DNA of 64,000 bases, taken from positions 87,582 to 151,581 of the forward strand of contig CAYTGV010000002.1 of the NCBI GenBank assembly GCA_964437495.1, written 5' to 3'. This document shows positions 1-9,941 of the stretch, in pieces; positions within the stretch are counted from its first letter, which is position 1, and every line of letters begins with the position of its first letter. Position numbers and translations under genes: made by a program. A model generated the notes under the pieces. It was not told where the DNA came from, made no database searches, and saw only the letters and a program-made list of their open reading frames with translations. The stretch comes from an uncultured Planctomycetia bacterium. Its GTDB lineage: Bacteria > Omnitrophota > Gorgyraeia > B26-G9.

Positions 1-240
1 TACTGTATTATTGCCAGGGATTATATGCATATTCGCGCTATGCATTTCTATTTCCCTGCGGGGAATAGGGATTTTTTTTGTCAACCAAAAGTACTAGCGG
101 TTTTTCTGCCAGATTTTCATTGATTTCAAAACAACTTCATCTGACATATTCCCCCATCCCAAATGCCAGATCTACCGGTAATAAGTCAGCTAATTTGCCC
201 CAATTATAATCTTTCCTGGATAAAACATTTGCCTTTATCC
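1..240 (-). pseudogene. Disrupted conserved hypothetical gene, running off the window start
   Basis: Manual translation: ANVLSRKDYNWGKLADLLPVDLAFG, frameshift near 158-160, WGNMSDEVVLKSMKIWQKNR, TAG at 94-96, then YFWLTKKIPIPRREIEMHSANMHIIPGNNTV in the same frame. Resembles a hypothetical family I recall with PVDLALGWG and HSANMH motifs (unverified). Confidence 0.65.
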
Positions 241-320
241 TTAAAAAAAAAGAAATTAATGCTTGTAAACAGAATGACAATCACCCAGAAATTTTGCGTT
301 ATTAATACAAACGGCTCCAT
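204..320 (-). other. 38-aa hydrophobic ORF, probably the truncated N-terminus of a membrane protein gene
   Basis: AGGAG then ATG at 320; MEPFVLITQNFWVIVILFTSINFFFFKDKGKCFIQERL*. Its 3' end overlaps the pseudogene. Confidence 0.3.
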
Positions 321-393
321 ACTAAATCTCCTGAGGCATAATTTACATTATTATATCCTAACAATAGAACAATTTATACTTCTGACTTTTTTA

Positions 394-3225
394 TCATCTG
401 CAGGCACCTGTAAAAGGACAATTCCGGCATGACTCAGAAGATTCATCAGCAACAAAAGGCACCTTCAAGTCATGAATCTCATCTATTATAAACGAAAGCA
501 TATTAAGGCATAAGCTTAATATCTGATCCTCGTGTCCAAAGTCTTTTGCTTTTGGAAATTGTTCAATTTTAAGATTACGCAGATTATATAATGCCGCGGT
601 TACTCTCATCGCAGGGTATTTCTCCTGTACACAGTGCAGATATAAAGGCAGCTGAAATGATTTGACCGCTTTTTTAATACTTAAGCGACTGGGATTATCC
701 GCGGCCTTTTGCAAAGACATTAGGCCTGCGGGCACCTCATCAGTACTACCCGTTTTATAATCAAGCACAACAATGTGTTCATGATCTTTGCGATCAATGC
801 GGTCTATCCTGAATGTAAAGTTTACATTACGGTTTTTGAGTTTTATTTCCTTTTCAATCTTCTCTTCAAGTCCTTCTAAAGCTTCAATTTTCCGCTCTGG
901 ATTTTCCGCTTCATTGTCGAGAAAACGCTTAAGGCGATATTTCAAAATTTGCTCCAACATAAACCCATCTGATTTCATGCGTTTTGAAAATGTTTTTTTA
1001 AAACGAATTTGGAACTCATCAATAAATTTTGCCCTAAATATAGGGCTGATCACCGGAGTTTTTCCAACAAACACCCCAAACATATCCTCCAGCAGTTTAT
1101 GGACAAAATTACCCACCTCCCGGCTTTCAAGCTCATCAAGCAAATTTTCCTTCTCACTTAATCCAAGAACATATTTAAAGTAAAAATGTAAGGGGCATTT
1201 TAAGTAAACATTTATACTTGATGCAGAAAATCTGATATTTTCCAGGAAATCTTTCATTTTCCTGTCTTTTGGTACTGATCCCACTTTTCGTATAACCTCG
1301 CATTTAAATACAGCACGAGGTACCAATTCTGTATTCAGACATCTTGAAGTTTTTTCCTGCTCCCAAATAAGTTCTTCAATAAAACGGCTTTTCTGCATAT
1401 CAGAACTATCATTATATATAAGATGCACGCTTTTAGCAGAGTTAATAAGCCGCATAAACTGATACCTCTGTATTACCTCCTCTTCTTCTAAGCGATCAAG
1501 GCCAAGGCTTATCATAACAGATCGAGGCACAAGCGGCTCATTTGCACTCAAACGCGGCAGGACTGATTCGTTTACATCAAGAATAATGACATTATCAAAA
1601 CTTAAAGCCCGGGTTTCAAAAAGCCCAATAATTTGCAGCCCCTTTAAGGGCATACCTGAAAATGCAATTTTCTCTGTTTTTAACAACTCATCAAATATTT
1701 TAAATATCTCCAGGACAAGAAATCTTTCCTCTTTAAGATTTTTATTTCTAAATTCTTCACAAAGACTGTATATTTTCTGAATAATTTTTGTATTCAACGG
1801 ATATTTATTTGTATCGCTTTTTGCAACCAGAACATCAAGAAACCTCTCCATTTGCAAAGCAAATCCCCCAAATGAAGATATCTCCTCCCATCCAGAAAAA
1901 ACATATTCATGAAGTTTTAAAAGCCCCTTTTGCAGATCATCTCTACTTATAGGTAAATTCATATTTCTTAACTGCTCAAGCGTTAGATCAAACAGAGGCT
2001 CAAGCTTTTGCACAGATGATAATTCGACAAATAGGCTTCCCCCGATATCTGATTCTTCCATACCTGATAAGATTTCCTCAATCTTATGTATAAGCACACG
2101 GGTAATAGCCGGCTCGGGAAAAATACTTAAGTTTTTAATTAGAGGATGTCTGATAAGGGCCAAATAGTCCTTATTATAATATGCTCTTTTCTTTCTTGTC
2201 TTCTGTGCTCTGTATATGGAATCAAACAGGCTATATATGGTACTGCGCCTTAGCGGATAACCCATTGACACATTAAACTCATCGACATAAGATGATATCT
2301 CCGATAATAAAGGAATTAACGTATTCGGCTGCGGCAAGACAATAACTGTGTTATCATGATTCTGTTTTTTAATCCCCAGCACTTCTTTTACTATCCCTAT
2401 CTGAGAATGCGTATCAAAGCCTGCGTATAACTTTATATCCGGTTTTTTCTTATCAGAATCAACTGCTTTTATATCATGGCCAAAAAACGCTGAAAGCTCT
2501 TCAAACTTGGGCCAGCTTCCATGGTCCTTTTGAAAGAACAATGTTGCCCGGTCTTTATCAAAGTAATGTTTAATTATTTGTTTTTCAGTCGCATACAGAT
2601 CAAAGAAGTTGCAGAATAAAATTTGTTCAAATTCAGCAAGTTCCGAATCCTTTACTCTTTCCGCGGCCCTCAAATAGAGCAAGCCTCTTGAATATTTATT
2701 AATCTGCTTCATCTTTTTATGGTAAAGCTCACGTATTAACACAATATTCTCAAGCAGTTTATTGATCGATTCCGGGACTTCATATCCTATCTGTGCGTTC
2801 TTCTCTATATTACGCAAACGAACTGAGAATATATTTTGCAAATCCAGCTGATTGACAAAAGAAAGGATTTCCCTTGCCCATGGCAGAAATTGAGAAAATT
2901 TACTACGTGATTTTAATATCTCAGGTACTTTTTGCCTTGCAATACTATAAACAGTATAGGCTGCTTCCAGTTCAGGTATCATTGCACTTTTTCCATTTTT
3001 TTCAAGAACATAATGCATGAACTCGTCAATAGAGAAAAACACAGGCGGAATAAAACTTTTTTTTAACTTGTTAGCCAAAGCCTTCTTAAGAAATAATGCC
3101 GGACGTTTACCCCCAAAAACAACCGCCACTTTGCTCAGGTTATTACTTTTTGCATTTTTTATAATAAAATCTGCGATCTTTTCTATGAAATTATCACTAA
3201 AGTTATATGTTATTATTCTGCTCAT
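394..3225 (-). CDS. addB: AddB-like helicase/nuclease subunit (PD-(D/E)XK nuclease with Fe-S cysteines)
   Basis: FSASSINVYLKCP, RIDRID...LDYKTG, C-terminal CRNCPFTGAC; degenerate helicase N-terminus; adjacent to AddA. Confidence 0.85.
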   Translation of the reverse strand: MSRIITYNFSDNFIEKIADFIIKNAKSNNLSKVAVVFGGKRPALFLKKALANKLKKSFIPPVFFSIDEFMHYVLEKNGKSAMIPELEAAYTVYSIARQKVPEILKSRSKFSQFLPWAREILSFVNQLDLQNIFSVRLRNIEKNAQIGYEVPESINKLLENIVLIRELYHKKMKQINKYSRGLLYLRAAERVKDSELAEFEQILFCNFFDLYATEKQIIKHYFDKDRATLFFQKDHGSWPKFEELSAFFGHDIKAVDSDKKKPDIKLYAGFDTHSQIGIVKEVLGIKKQNHDNTVIVLPQPNTLIPLLSEISSYVDEFNVSMGYPLRRSTIYSLFDSIYRAQKTRKKRAYYNKDYLALIRHPLIKNLSIFPEPAITRVLIHKIEEILSGMEESDIGGSLFVELSSVQKLEPLFDLTLEQLRNMNLPISRDDLQKGLLKLHEYVFSGWEEISSFGGFALQMERFLDVLVAKSDTNKYPLNTKIIQKIYSLCEEFRNKNLKEERFLVLEIFKIFDELLKTEKIAFSGMPLKGLQIIGLFETRALSFDNVIILDVNESVLPRLSANEPLVPRSVMISLGLDRLEEEEVIQRYQFMRLINSAKSVHLIYNDSSDMQKSRFIEELIWEQEKTSRCLNTELVPRAVFKCEVIRKVGSVPKDRKMKDFLENIRFSASSINVYLKCPLHFYFKYVLGLSEKENLLDELESREVGNFVHKLLEDMFGVFVGKTPVISPIFRAKFIDEFQIRFKKTFSKRMKSDGFMLEQILKYRLKRFLDNEAENPERKIEALEGLEEKIEKEIKLKNRNVNFTFRIDRIDRKDHEHIVVLDYKTGSTDEVPAGLMSLQKAADNPSRLSIKKAVKSFQLPLYLHCVQEKYPAMRVTAALYNLRNLKIEQFPKAKDFGHEDQILSLCLNMLSFIIDEIHDLKVPFVADESSESCRNCPFTGACR

Positions 3226-3338
3226 ATGAGTATTTTTCAGCTTTTAGTATTGCGTTTCGCGCATTGATTAAAAACTGATTTTAAAAAACAGTTTTTTGCA
3301 ATAATCTCGACACAATACAAATTCAAAAACAGTTAAAT

Positions 3339-6300
3339 TTATATCTCTACAACTTTCAAGTCATCCATGTACAATAAATATCCCCGCACTTTTTTATTTT
3401 GATATACCTCGCGCAATATCTGCATATACTCTTTCATTTGACTGATATGCCCGTCTTTGCCAACTTGCGAGCTCTTATAGTCTATGACCAAAACCTCCTT
3501 GTCTTTTACTACTAAACGGTCAATACGATATGTGCGTCCATACTTATCGACAAATTCTTTTTCTCTGTAGATACTCCACCGACGATCGCAGAAAAAAAAC
3601 TGCTTAGTAATCTTTGCGCAAATAATTCTTTCTATTGTAACTATATAGCTATCTGTATCTTCAACTTCGGAATACAGGTTTTCAATCACAGCTCTAAGGG
3701 TTTCTAAGCATTCAGACGGTTTCTGGCTATTCAAATTATCAACCTGTGCAAGCAATTCGTGCAGCAACTCCCCTGTCTTAATGTTTTTTCTATTGCTAAG
3801 CTCATTATCCTGAGGAAATTCCTCTTTTAAGGCAGATACCCAGTTCTTATATTCAGGCATGCTTATATGCAGCTGCTTAGGCTCATAACCGACATCCTTT
3901 TTACTGTATTGCCTCTGTTCACCTCGTTCGGTAATACCCTCCGGGATTAAAAACAAGGCCGGATTATTGTCCCGTTTAACATTGCTTGAGACAAAGATAT
4001 ATAGTTCACATTGCGCGCGGGTAAATGTTACGTAAATTACGTTCAATTCATCAATAAATGATTTTACATATTCACGCTGATAAATATCGCGGATACGGCT
4101 TGAAAATTTAGCATATTTACTATCTAAGCGTAATAAACCGAATTTTCCCGACACCTGTTTTTCATAAACAACATATGAAGCCTTAGAGCTCCTTGTCCGC
4201 AAACCGCCGACATTCATATCAAGGAAAGGGACAACAACTACGGCAAAGCCAAGGCCCTTAGCCTTATGTATGGTCATAACCTTTACGGCATTTTGATCGG
4301 AAAAATTTACATACAGATGCTTTTCCCCAATCACCTCAATAGATTCAAGAAAGAAACTAATATCAGAATTTTCCTCCTCAAGCTTCATCACTAACTCCAA
4401 AAGATGCATAAAAAACCCTTGAAATTTTTCAAAGTAATTAAAAACTAAAAATTTATGTAAAATACTTACTAATAACTCATACAATGAGACAAAACCAACA
4501 CTCTTAAAAAAATCCGCAATAAATTCATCCCAAATCTCAGTGAATTGTTTTCTAAAAGCACGGTATAAAGATCCGGAAGTTTTAGCATTTTTTTTATTGA
4601 ACTCAAAAATAAAGTCACTTATCTTTTGCCTATCTAAAGAAGTTGCAGTTGTGAAAATCTCTCCCAGAATAAACGAGCTAAAAGCAATATCATCTATCGG
4701 AGAGTTTAGGAATTGTAAAAAAGCAATAATTTCTCTGATTAAAGAATTGTACATAATATTAAGAGTACGCTCTGATTCTACATTTATCCTCTCCTGGGAA
4801 AGCCAGCCTGTAACAAGCTCTATCTCTTTATTACTGCGGCATAAAACAGCAATCGACTTCAAAGGAAACCTTTGTTTTAAAGATTCCATGGTTTCAATTA
4901 ACCGCAGCCTTATAAGCTCCTCACTTTCCTGCTTGTCTTCATAGGCAATATTATCGATTTTTACATATCCATGATGCTTATTTGGCTCCTCAGACTGGTT
5001 AGAATCAGCAAACACATTTAAAATCTCCTGGATTTGCGTTTTATTTAAAATCCTTAATGTATCTTTTTCTCTTTCCTGCTGGGTCTCCAGAAATAGTTTA
5101 AGATTTGATCTTGAAAATATAAGGTTATTAAACTGTACTATTTCCCTCTGTGAGCGATAATTAGTCCGAAGCGATGTTTTGTCATTAATATTGAACTGGG
5201 CAAAATCAGTTTTGATATCATCAAAAAGCTTTACATTTCCACCTCGAAAACGGTATATAGCCTGTTTTTTATCCCCCACATAAAATAATGAACCCCCAGT
5301 TGATAATGCCTCCTCGATCATTAGAAAAAGGTTATTCCACTGCAATTTATTTGTGTCTTGGAATTCATCGATAAGATAATGCCTAAAACGGCTGGCCATA
5401 CGGTAATAAAGTTCAGGCACACTAATAACTGCTTCCTCAAACAGAACACTTGATTGTTTGTTAAGTTCCTCCATAAACACAACATCATCTTTTTGCGCAT
5501 AATCACGGAAAATCTCGTAAACCCTTTCAAATACATCTATATAGCAGTTAAATAATGACAAGGCCTCTTTTTCACTTAAAATAATAATATTCTTTCTGAA
5601 GTCACTCCACAATCCTGTTATATCCGGGGTTGCTTCGAAGCCTTTATTCATCGGCAATGTATCACTCTGAAAGGATTTTTTAACCAAATCCGCTATATTG
5701 AATCCATGCGTATTCGTTTTTACAAACTTCCCCAGGGTTTTTAGAAATGTCTTATTCATGCCCTCTAAATTTGCATTATGAATTTTGTTAAGAATTTCCA
5801 GAACCTGCTGCTTTAAAATGATAAGCTCCTTAGCCGAAACAGGGAATTTTTCAAAACTCCCTCCATAAACATTGATATTAGAGAACATACCCTTCAAAAT
5901 ATCCAGCATATCATGCTTTGGAAACCAGCCAGTACGATTTTCAAGAAACAAATACTGATTCAGAAAGCTTTCAAATATATCTTTTATAAGCGGATCAATA
6001 GCTGCTTTATCAATACATTCATCAAGAGCATAGGACACATATGAGGAATAGTCCTCTTTAATCCTGAAATTAGCGGATAATTTTAGTTCAGAAGCACAAC
6101 CTGATAAGATAACATTGATGAATTTGTCAATATTCTTTACCTGGAAAAAATTATAATGAGAAATTATATAATCAATTATAGTAAAGGCTTCTTTGCCCGC
6201 CGCCTCTTCCTTTAGGCCTACAGCATTTAAAAAATCCTGTTTTTCCGCAGTTCCGGAAAAAGCATTGAGCGCGAATTTCTTTAGCTGTTCCAATATCCTT

Positions 6301-6500
6301 TCCCGCATTTCCCGCGTTGCTTTAAGAGTAAAGGTGATCGCCAGAATACTTCTAAGCGGTATCTGCTCTTGCTTTAAACGCGGATCCATTAAAAGTTGTA
6401 TAAAGCGTTTTGCCAACTCATATGTCTTTCCAGATCCTGCAGACGCTTCAACAATCTTAACTTCCGGGAATAATAAATTAGAATTATAGGCTTGATTCAT
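3339..6500 (-). CDS. addA: AddA-like UvrD-family helicase/nuclease
   Basis: Walker A ASAGSGKT, LIDEFQD, VGDKKQAIYRFRG, TNYRS, MTIHKAKGL, C-terminal IDRL...IDYKS. Likely start ATG 6500 (ORF track extends to 6620). Confidence 0.9.
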   Translation of the reverse strand: MNQAYNSNLLFPEVKIVEASAGSGKTYELAKRFIQLLMDPRLKQEQIPLRSILAITFTLKATREMRERILEQLKKFALNAFSGTAEKQDFLNAVGLKEEAAGKEAFTIIDYIISHYNFFQVKNIDKFINVILSGCASELKLSANFRIKEDYSSYVSYALDECIDKAAIDPLIKDIFESFLNQYLFLENRTGWFPKHDMLDILKGMFSNINVYGGSFEKFPVSAKELIILKQQVLEILNKIHNANLEGMNKTFLKTLGKFVKTNTHGFNIADLVKKSFQSDTLPMNKGFEATPDITGLWSDFRKNIIILSEKEALSLFNCYIDVFERVYEIFRDYAQKDDVVFMEELNKQSSVLFEEAVISVPELYYRMASRFRHYLIDEFQDTNKLQWNNLFLMIEEALSTGGSLFYVGDKKQAIYRFRGGNVKLFDDIKTDFAQFNINDKTSLRTNYRSQREIVQFNNLIFSRSNLKLFLETQQEREKDTLRILNKTQIQEILNVFADSNQSEEPNKHHGYVKIDNIAYEDKQESEELIRLRLIETMESLKQRFPLKSIAVLCRSNKEIELVTGWLSQERINVESERTLNIMYNSLIREIIAFLQFLNSPIDDIAFSSFILGEIFTTATSLDRQKISDFIFEFNKKNAKTSGSLYRAFRKQFTEIWDEFIADFFKSVGFVSLYELLVSILHKFLVFNYFEKFQGFFMHLLELVMKLEEENSDISFFLESIEVIGEKHLYVNFSDQNAVKVMTIHKAKGLGFAVVVVPFLDMNVGGLRTRSSKASYVVYEKQVSGKFGLLRLDSKYAKFSSRIRDIYQREYVKSFIDELNVIYVTFTRAQCELYIFVSSNVKRDNNPALFLIPEGITERGEQRQYSKKDVGYEPKQLHISMPEYKNWVSALKEEFPQDNELSNRKNIKTGELLHELLAQVDNLNSQKPSECLETLRAVIENLYSEVEDTDSYIVTIERIICAKITKQFFFCDRRWSIYREKEFVDKYGRTYRIDRLVVKDKEVLVIDYKSSQVGKDGHISQMKEYMQILREVYQNKKVRGYLLYMDDLKVVEI

Positions 6501-6769
6501 AAAAAATAGGGTTCTTTCTTTTTTTAGGATGTCCAAATGAATTTGATTACACAGATTCATTCTATGTCGAGCATAAACAATCACTTTAATCTTGTTTCTT
6601 TTATTGTGATCATCGGCCATTCGTGTATCTATCTAATTACTTCACTCTGATTGTATCACCAAATTTTTTTCATCCTAAATAGGAATGGCCATAAAATATT
6701 ATATCAAAATGGGGAAAAAAAGACCAGCGGTAACTATGACTTACTTGAAATCAACTTATTACAAATAAA

Positions 6770-9700
6770 TTAATCCTGTTTAGGCAGGTCAGATATCTTC
6801 TCAAATCCCTTCCAGTCATAGGAATAAGCCTTCTTGCGCCTAGGTTTAAACATAAGCGGAATATCTGTAAAAAGAAGGAAAATGCTAGGTACTATAAAAA
6901 GCGTGAAAATAGTTGATATAGAAAGTCCCCCAAGAACGGTAATTGCCAGGGGAGCCCATAACCCTGCGCCTTCTGTTCTGTCAAGAGCCATTGGCAGCAA
7001 TCCGAACAATGTTGTGAACGATGTCATCATTATCGGGCGAAGTCTATCCAATCCTGCAAGCATTGCCGCCTTGTATCTATTAGTCTTTTTCTCTCTCAGA
7101 AAGTAGTTGATTCTATCCACAAGTATTATTGCATTATTAACTACAATACCAGCAAGCATTATGATCCCAATAAACACAGAGACACTTTTAGGCTTTTTAA
7201 ATATTGAAAGCGCTATGGTCACACCAATAAGAGCCAACGGAACCGAGGAAAGAATAACAAGCGGCTGAATAAAAGAAGCAAACAAAGATGCCAGAACCAT
7301 ATATATCAAAGCAATGGTAACCCATGTAACAAATACAAGTTCACTTTTACCTTTGATCATTTTTTCATAATCACCTCCGAACCGATAGTAATAATTCTTA
7401 GGTAATTTCATTTCAGAAAGTGATTCTTGAACAATAGCTACTGATTTGGAAAGATCATATTTCGACATTGTTGCACTTACTTCTATCATTCTTTGTTTAT
7501 TTTTCCGCCATATTTCTGTCGGACCTTCGCCTGGTTTAAACTCAGCCAGCTGCTGAAAATATATTGTATTACCCTCTCCGGTAACTAGAGTAAGCTTATG
7601 CACATCATTAAATGTCTTTCTGTCTTCTCGGCGCAGCCTGGCAATAGTTTCAACCTGCTTAGATTCAGAATGAAATCTTGTGGCTACCAAGCCTCGCATT
7701 TTCGCGTGTACTGTATCAGAGATCTGTGATACACTCAGTCCCCATTTCGCAGCTCTGGATTTATTGATCACAGCCAGGAGTTCAGGTCTTTTTTCTCTCA
7801 TTCTTATTTTTACATCCACAAAACCAGGGATAGAGCCCACGCGTTTTGAAATATTTACTGCGATTTCCCGCAAAGTATTATAATCATAGCCATAAAGTTC
7901 AATATGCAATTCCTTGGCTGACATGCTCTGCGGCTCTTCAAAGTAAATAAAGGCATTAGGAATGTCTCTTACTCTTTCTCTTAAATAATCAATGACTTCC
8001 TTGTTTGAACGTTCCCGTTTGGAAAGAGGGAGAAGCTTTACAAATACCCTGCTTGACCACGGCTTAATTCGACTTGAAAGTGTCTTCACTTCAGAAACTT
8101 CTGCTAAAATTTCTTCTACCTTCTTAATCACTTGATCAGAAATATCCAGCTTGGCACCTGTGGGCAGCTCTACAAAAATTGTGAATTCATTCTCCTCTGT
8201 TTTTCCCAAAAATTCCATACCCAGTTTTTCTGAAAAAACATAGAATGATATACCAAATATACAAAAAACAGCAATAACCAAATAAAGACGAAACCTCAAT
8301 GCCCTGCCCAAAGAAATCCTATACATATTATGTAACGACTTCAACACTCTATTTGATAGCGGCGGACGTTTTTCCTCCTTTTTCTCATCTTTGACCTCAT
8401 AGAACCAGACTTCGTCCTTTTCTTTCTCTTTAATCGGCTTTTCCTGCTTCTTTTTTCCAAAAAAAGCCGATAAAACCGGAACAAGAGTAACCGCAACAAG
8501 CAAACTGGCAACCAAGGCATAAACAATGGTCATGGCCAGGCCTTCATACAATAATCTTATCTCTTTATTAACGAAAATAAACGGCAGAAAAACAATGATT
8601 GTCGTCAGTGTTGAAGCAAATATCGCCAGCCACATCTCTTCTGCGCCAACACTAGCCGCTTCTTTGCGACCCAGCCCTTGACTGCGTTTTTTAGAGATAT
8701 TATCCAGCACAACAATAGCATTATCAACCAACATACCGCTGCCAAGCGCCAATCCGCTCAAAGTCATGATATTCAGTGTAAGCTTTTGAAAAAACATCAT
8801 GAAAAAGGTGCATATAATTGCTGTGGGGATAGCAATACCTACAGTAACGGTTGAGCTCAGATCACGCAAAAAAATCCAAAGCACGCATATCGCCAGGAAT
8901 CCACCAAACAGTAATGAGCTTTGAACATCATTTATAGCTTTACGAATAAAATCTCCCTGATTGTAAACCGGAATAAGGCGAATGCCTCTTTCTGAAAGAT
9001 TTTCTATTTTCTTGAAATTCTCAATCTCTTTAATGATTGAATCTGTCATCTTAAGAGTATTAGCCATACTTTCTTTCTGTACGTAAACAGAGACTGTCGG
9101 AGCAAGGTTAGTACGAGAATAGCTTGTAGCTTCAAGGTAAGAGTCTTTGACTTTTGCTAAATCTTTTAAACGTATTATTGCTCCTGATTCGGTCGCAGCA
9201 ATGCCTATATTTTCAATATCATGCATATCCTTAAACTCACCAATAATTCTGGTCAGAAATTTATCATTCTCCCTCCATACCTCTCCTGCAAGCAGATTTA
9301 AATTATTTGAGCCTAAAACATTTATTACCTTATTAATCGGCATTTTGTAAGCATCCAGCTTTGACTGCTGGATTTCAACAAGTATCTTTCTTTCTCTTCT
9401 GCCTCCAATCTCTACATCCGCAACACCGTTTATTCGTTCCAGCCTTGTCTTTAAACTCTCATCTACTATCTTACCCAGCATTTCGGGAGTATAGCGCTTA
9501 CCTCCAGTCATCGCCAGGATCATAACCGGAACATCCGAATATTCATATTTAGCAATAACCGGTTTCTCTATTTCTTCCGGCAAATCATTTTTCACCCTGG
9601 CAAATTTTTCTCTTACCTCTAAAGCGGCAAAATCCATATTCGTTCCAGGTTCAAATTTTATTACTATAGTAGCGCTTGCTTCTTCAGATGTGGATTCAAT

Positions 9701-9940
9701 ACTCCGCACATGACTCACTGAAGAAACAGCTTCTTCAACAGGACGGGTTATTCTTTCTTCGATTTCAACCGGAGGGATACCACCACGGACATTAATAAAA
9801 ATAGTAACATTACCAAAACTTGTATTAGGCATTAGTTCTACAGGCAGTTTACCTAAAGAAACTATACCCATTATCAAAGCACCTAAAAAGATCATAAAAA
9901 TCGTAATCGGCCGGTTTACCGAATAGCGCGGTAGGCTCAT
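6770..9940 (-). CDS. RND (AcrB/MdtBC/SwrC-like) permease subunit 2
   Basis: TM4 GMLVDNAIVVLDN, TM10 GIVVNNAIILVD, RLRPIMMTSFTT; 1056 aa. Confidence 0.92.
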   Translation of the reverse strand: MSLPRYSVNRPITIFMIFLGALIMGIVSLGKLPVELMPNTSFGNVTIFINVRGGIPPVEIEERITRPVEEAVSSVSHVRSIESTSEEASATIVIKFEPGTNMDFAALEVREKFARVKNDLPEEIEKPVIAKYEYSDVPVMILAMTGGKRYTPEMLGKIVDESLKTRLERINGVADVEIGGRRERKILVEIQQSKLDAYKMPINKVINVLGSNNLNLLAGEVWRENDKFLTRIIGEFKDMHDIENIGIAATESGAIIRLKDLAKVKDSYLEATSYSRTNLAPTVSVYVQKESMANTLKMTDSIIKEIENFKKIENLSERGIRLIPVYNQGDFIRKAINDVQSSLLFGGFLAICVLWIFLRDLSSTVTVGIAIPTAIICTFFMMFFQKLTLNIMTLSGLALGSGMLVDNAIVVLDNISKKRSQGLGRKEAASVGAEEMWLAIFASTLTTIIVFLPFIFVNKEIRLLYEGLAMTIVYALVASLLVAVTLVPVLSAFFGKKKQEKPIKEKEKDEVWFYEVKDEKKEEKRPPLSNRVLKSLHNMYRISLGRALRFRLYLVIAVFCIFGISFYVFSEKLGMEFLGKTEENEFTIFVELPTGAKLDISDQVIKKVEEILAEVSEVKTLSSRIKPWSSRVFVKLLPLSKRERSNKEVIDYLRERVRDIPNAFIYFEEPQSMSAKELHIELYGYDYNTLREIAVNISKRVGSIPGFVDVKIRMREKRPELLAVINKSRAAKWGLSVSQISDTVHAKMRGLVATRFHSESKQVETIARLRREDRKTFNDVHKLTLVTGEGNTIYFQQLAEFKPGEGPTEIWRKNKQRMIEVSATMSKYDLSKSVAIVQESLSEMKLPKNYYYRFGGDYEKMIKGKSELVFVTWVTIALIYMVLASLFASFIQPLVILSSVPLALIGVTIALSIFKKPKSVSVFIGIIMLAGIVVNNAIILVDRINYFLREKKTNRYKAAMLAGLDRLRPIMMTSFTTLFGLLPMALDRTEGAGLWAPLAITVLGGLSISTIFTLFIVPSIFLLFTDIPLMFKPRRKKAYSYDWKGFEKISDLPKQD

Positions 9941-9941
9941 T

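Noticed and set aside
163-432. 89-aa plus-strand ORF
   Set aside because: Antisense to pseudogene fragments that give a better protein-like reading; no RBS or motif.
6501-6620. 40-aa N-terminal extension of AddA in the ORF track
   Set aside because: UvrD-family proteins start shortly before Walker A, so ATG 6500 is more plausible.
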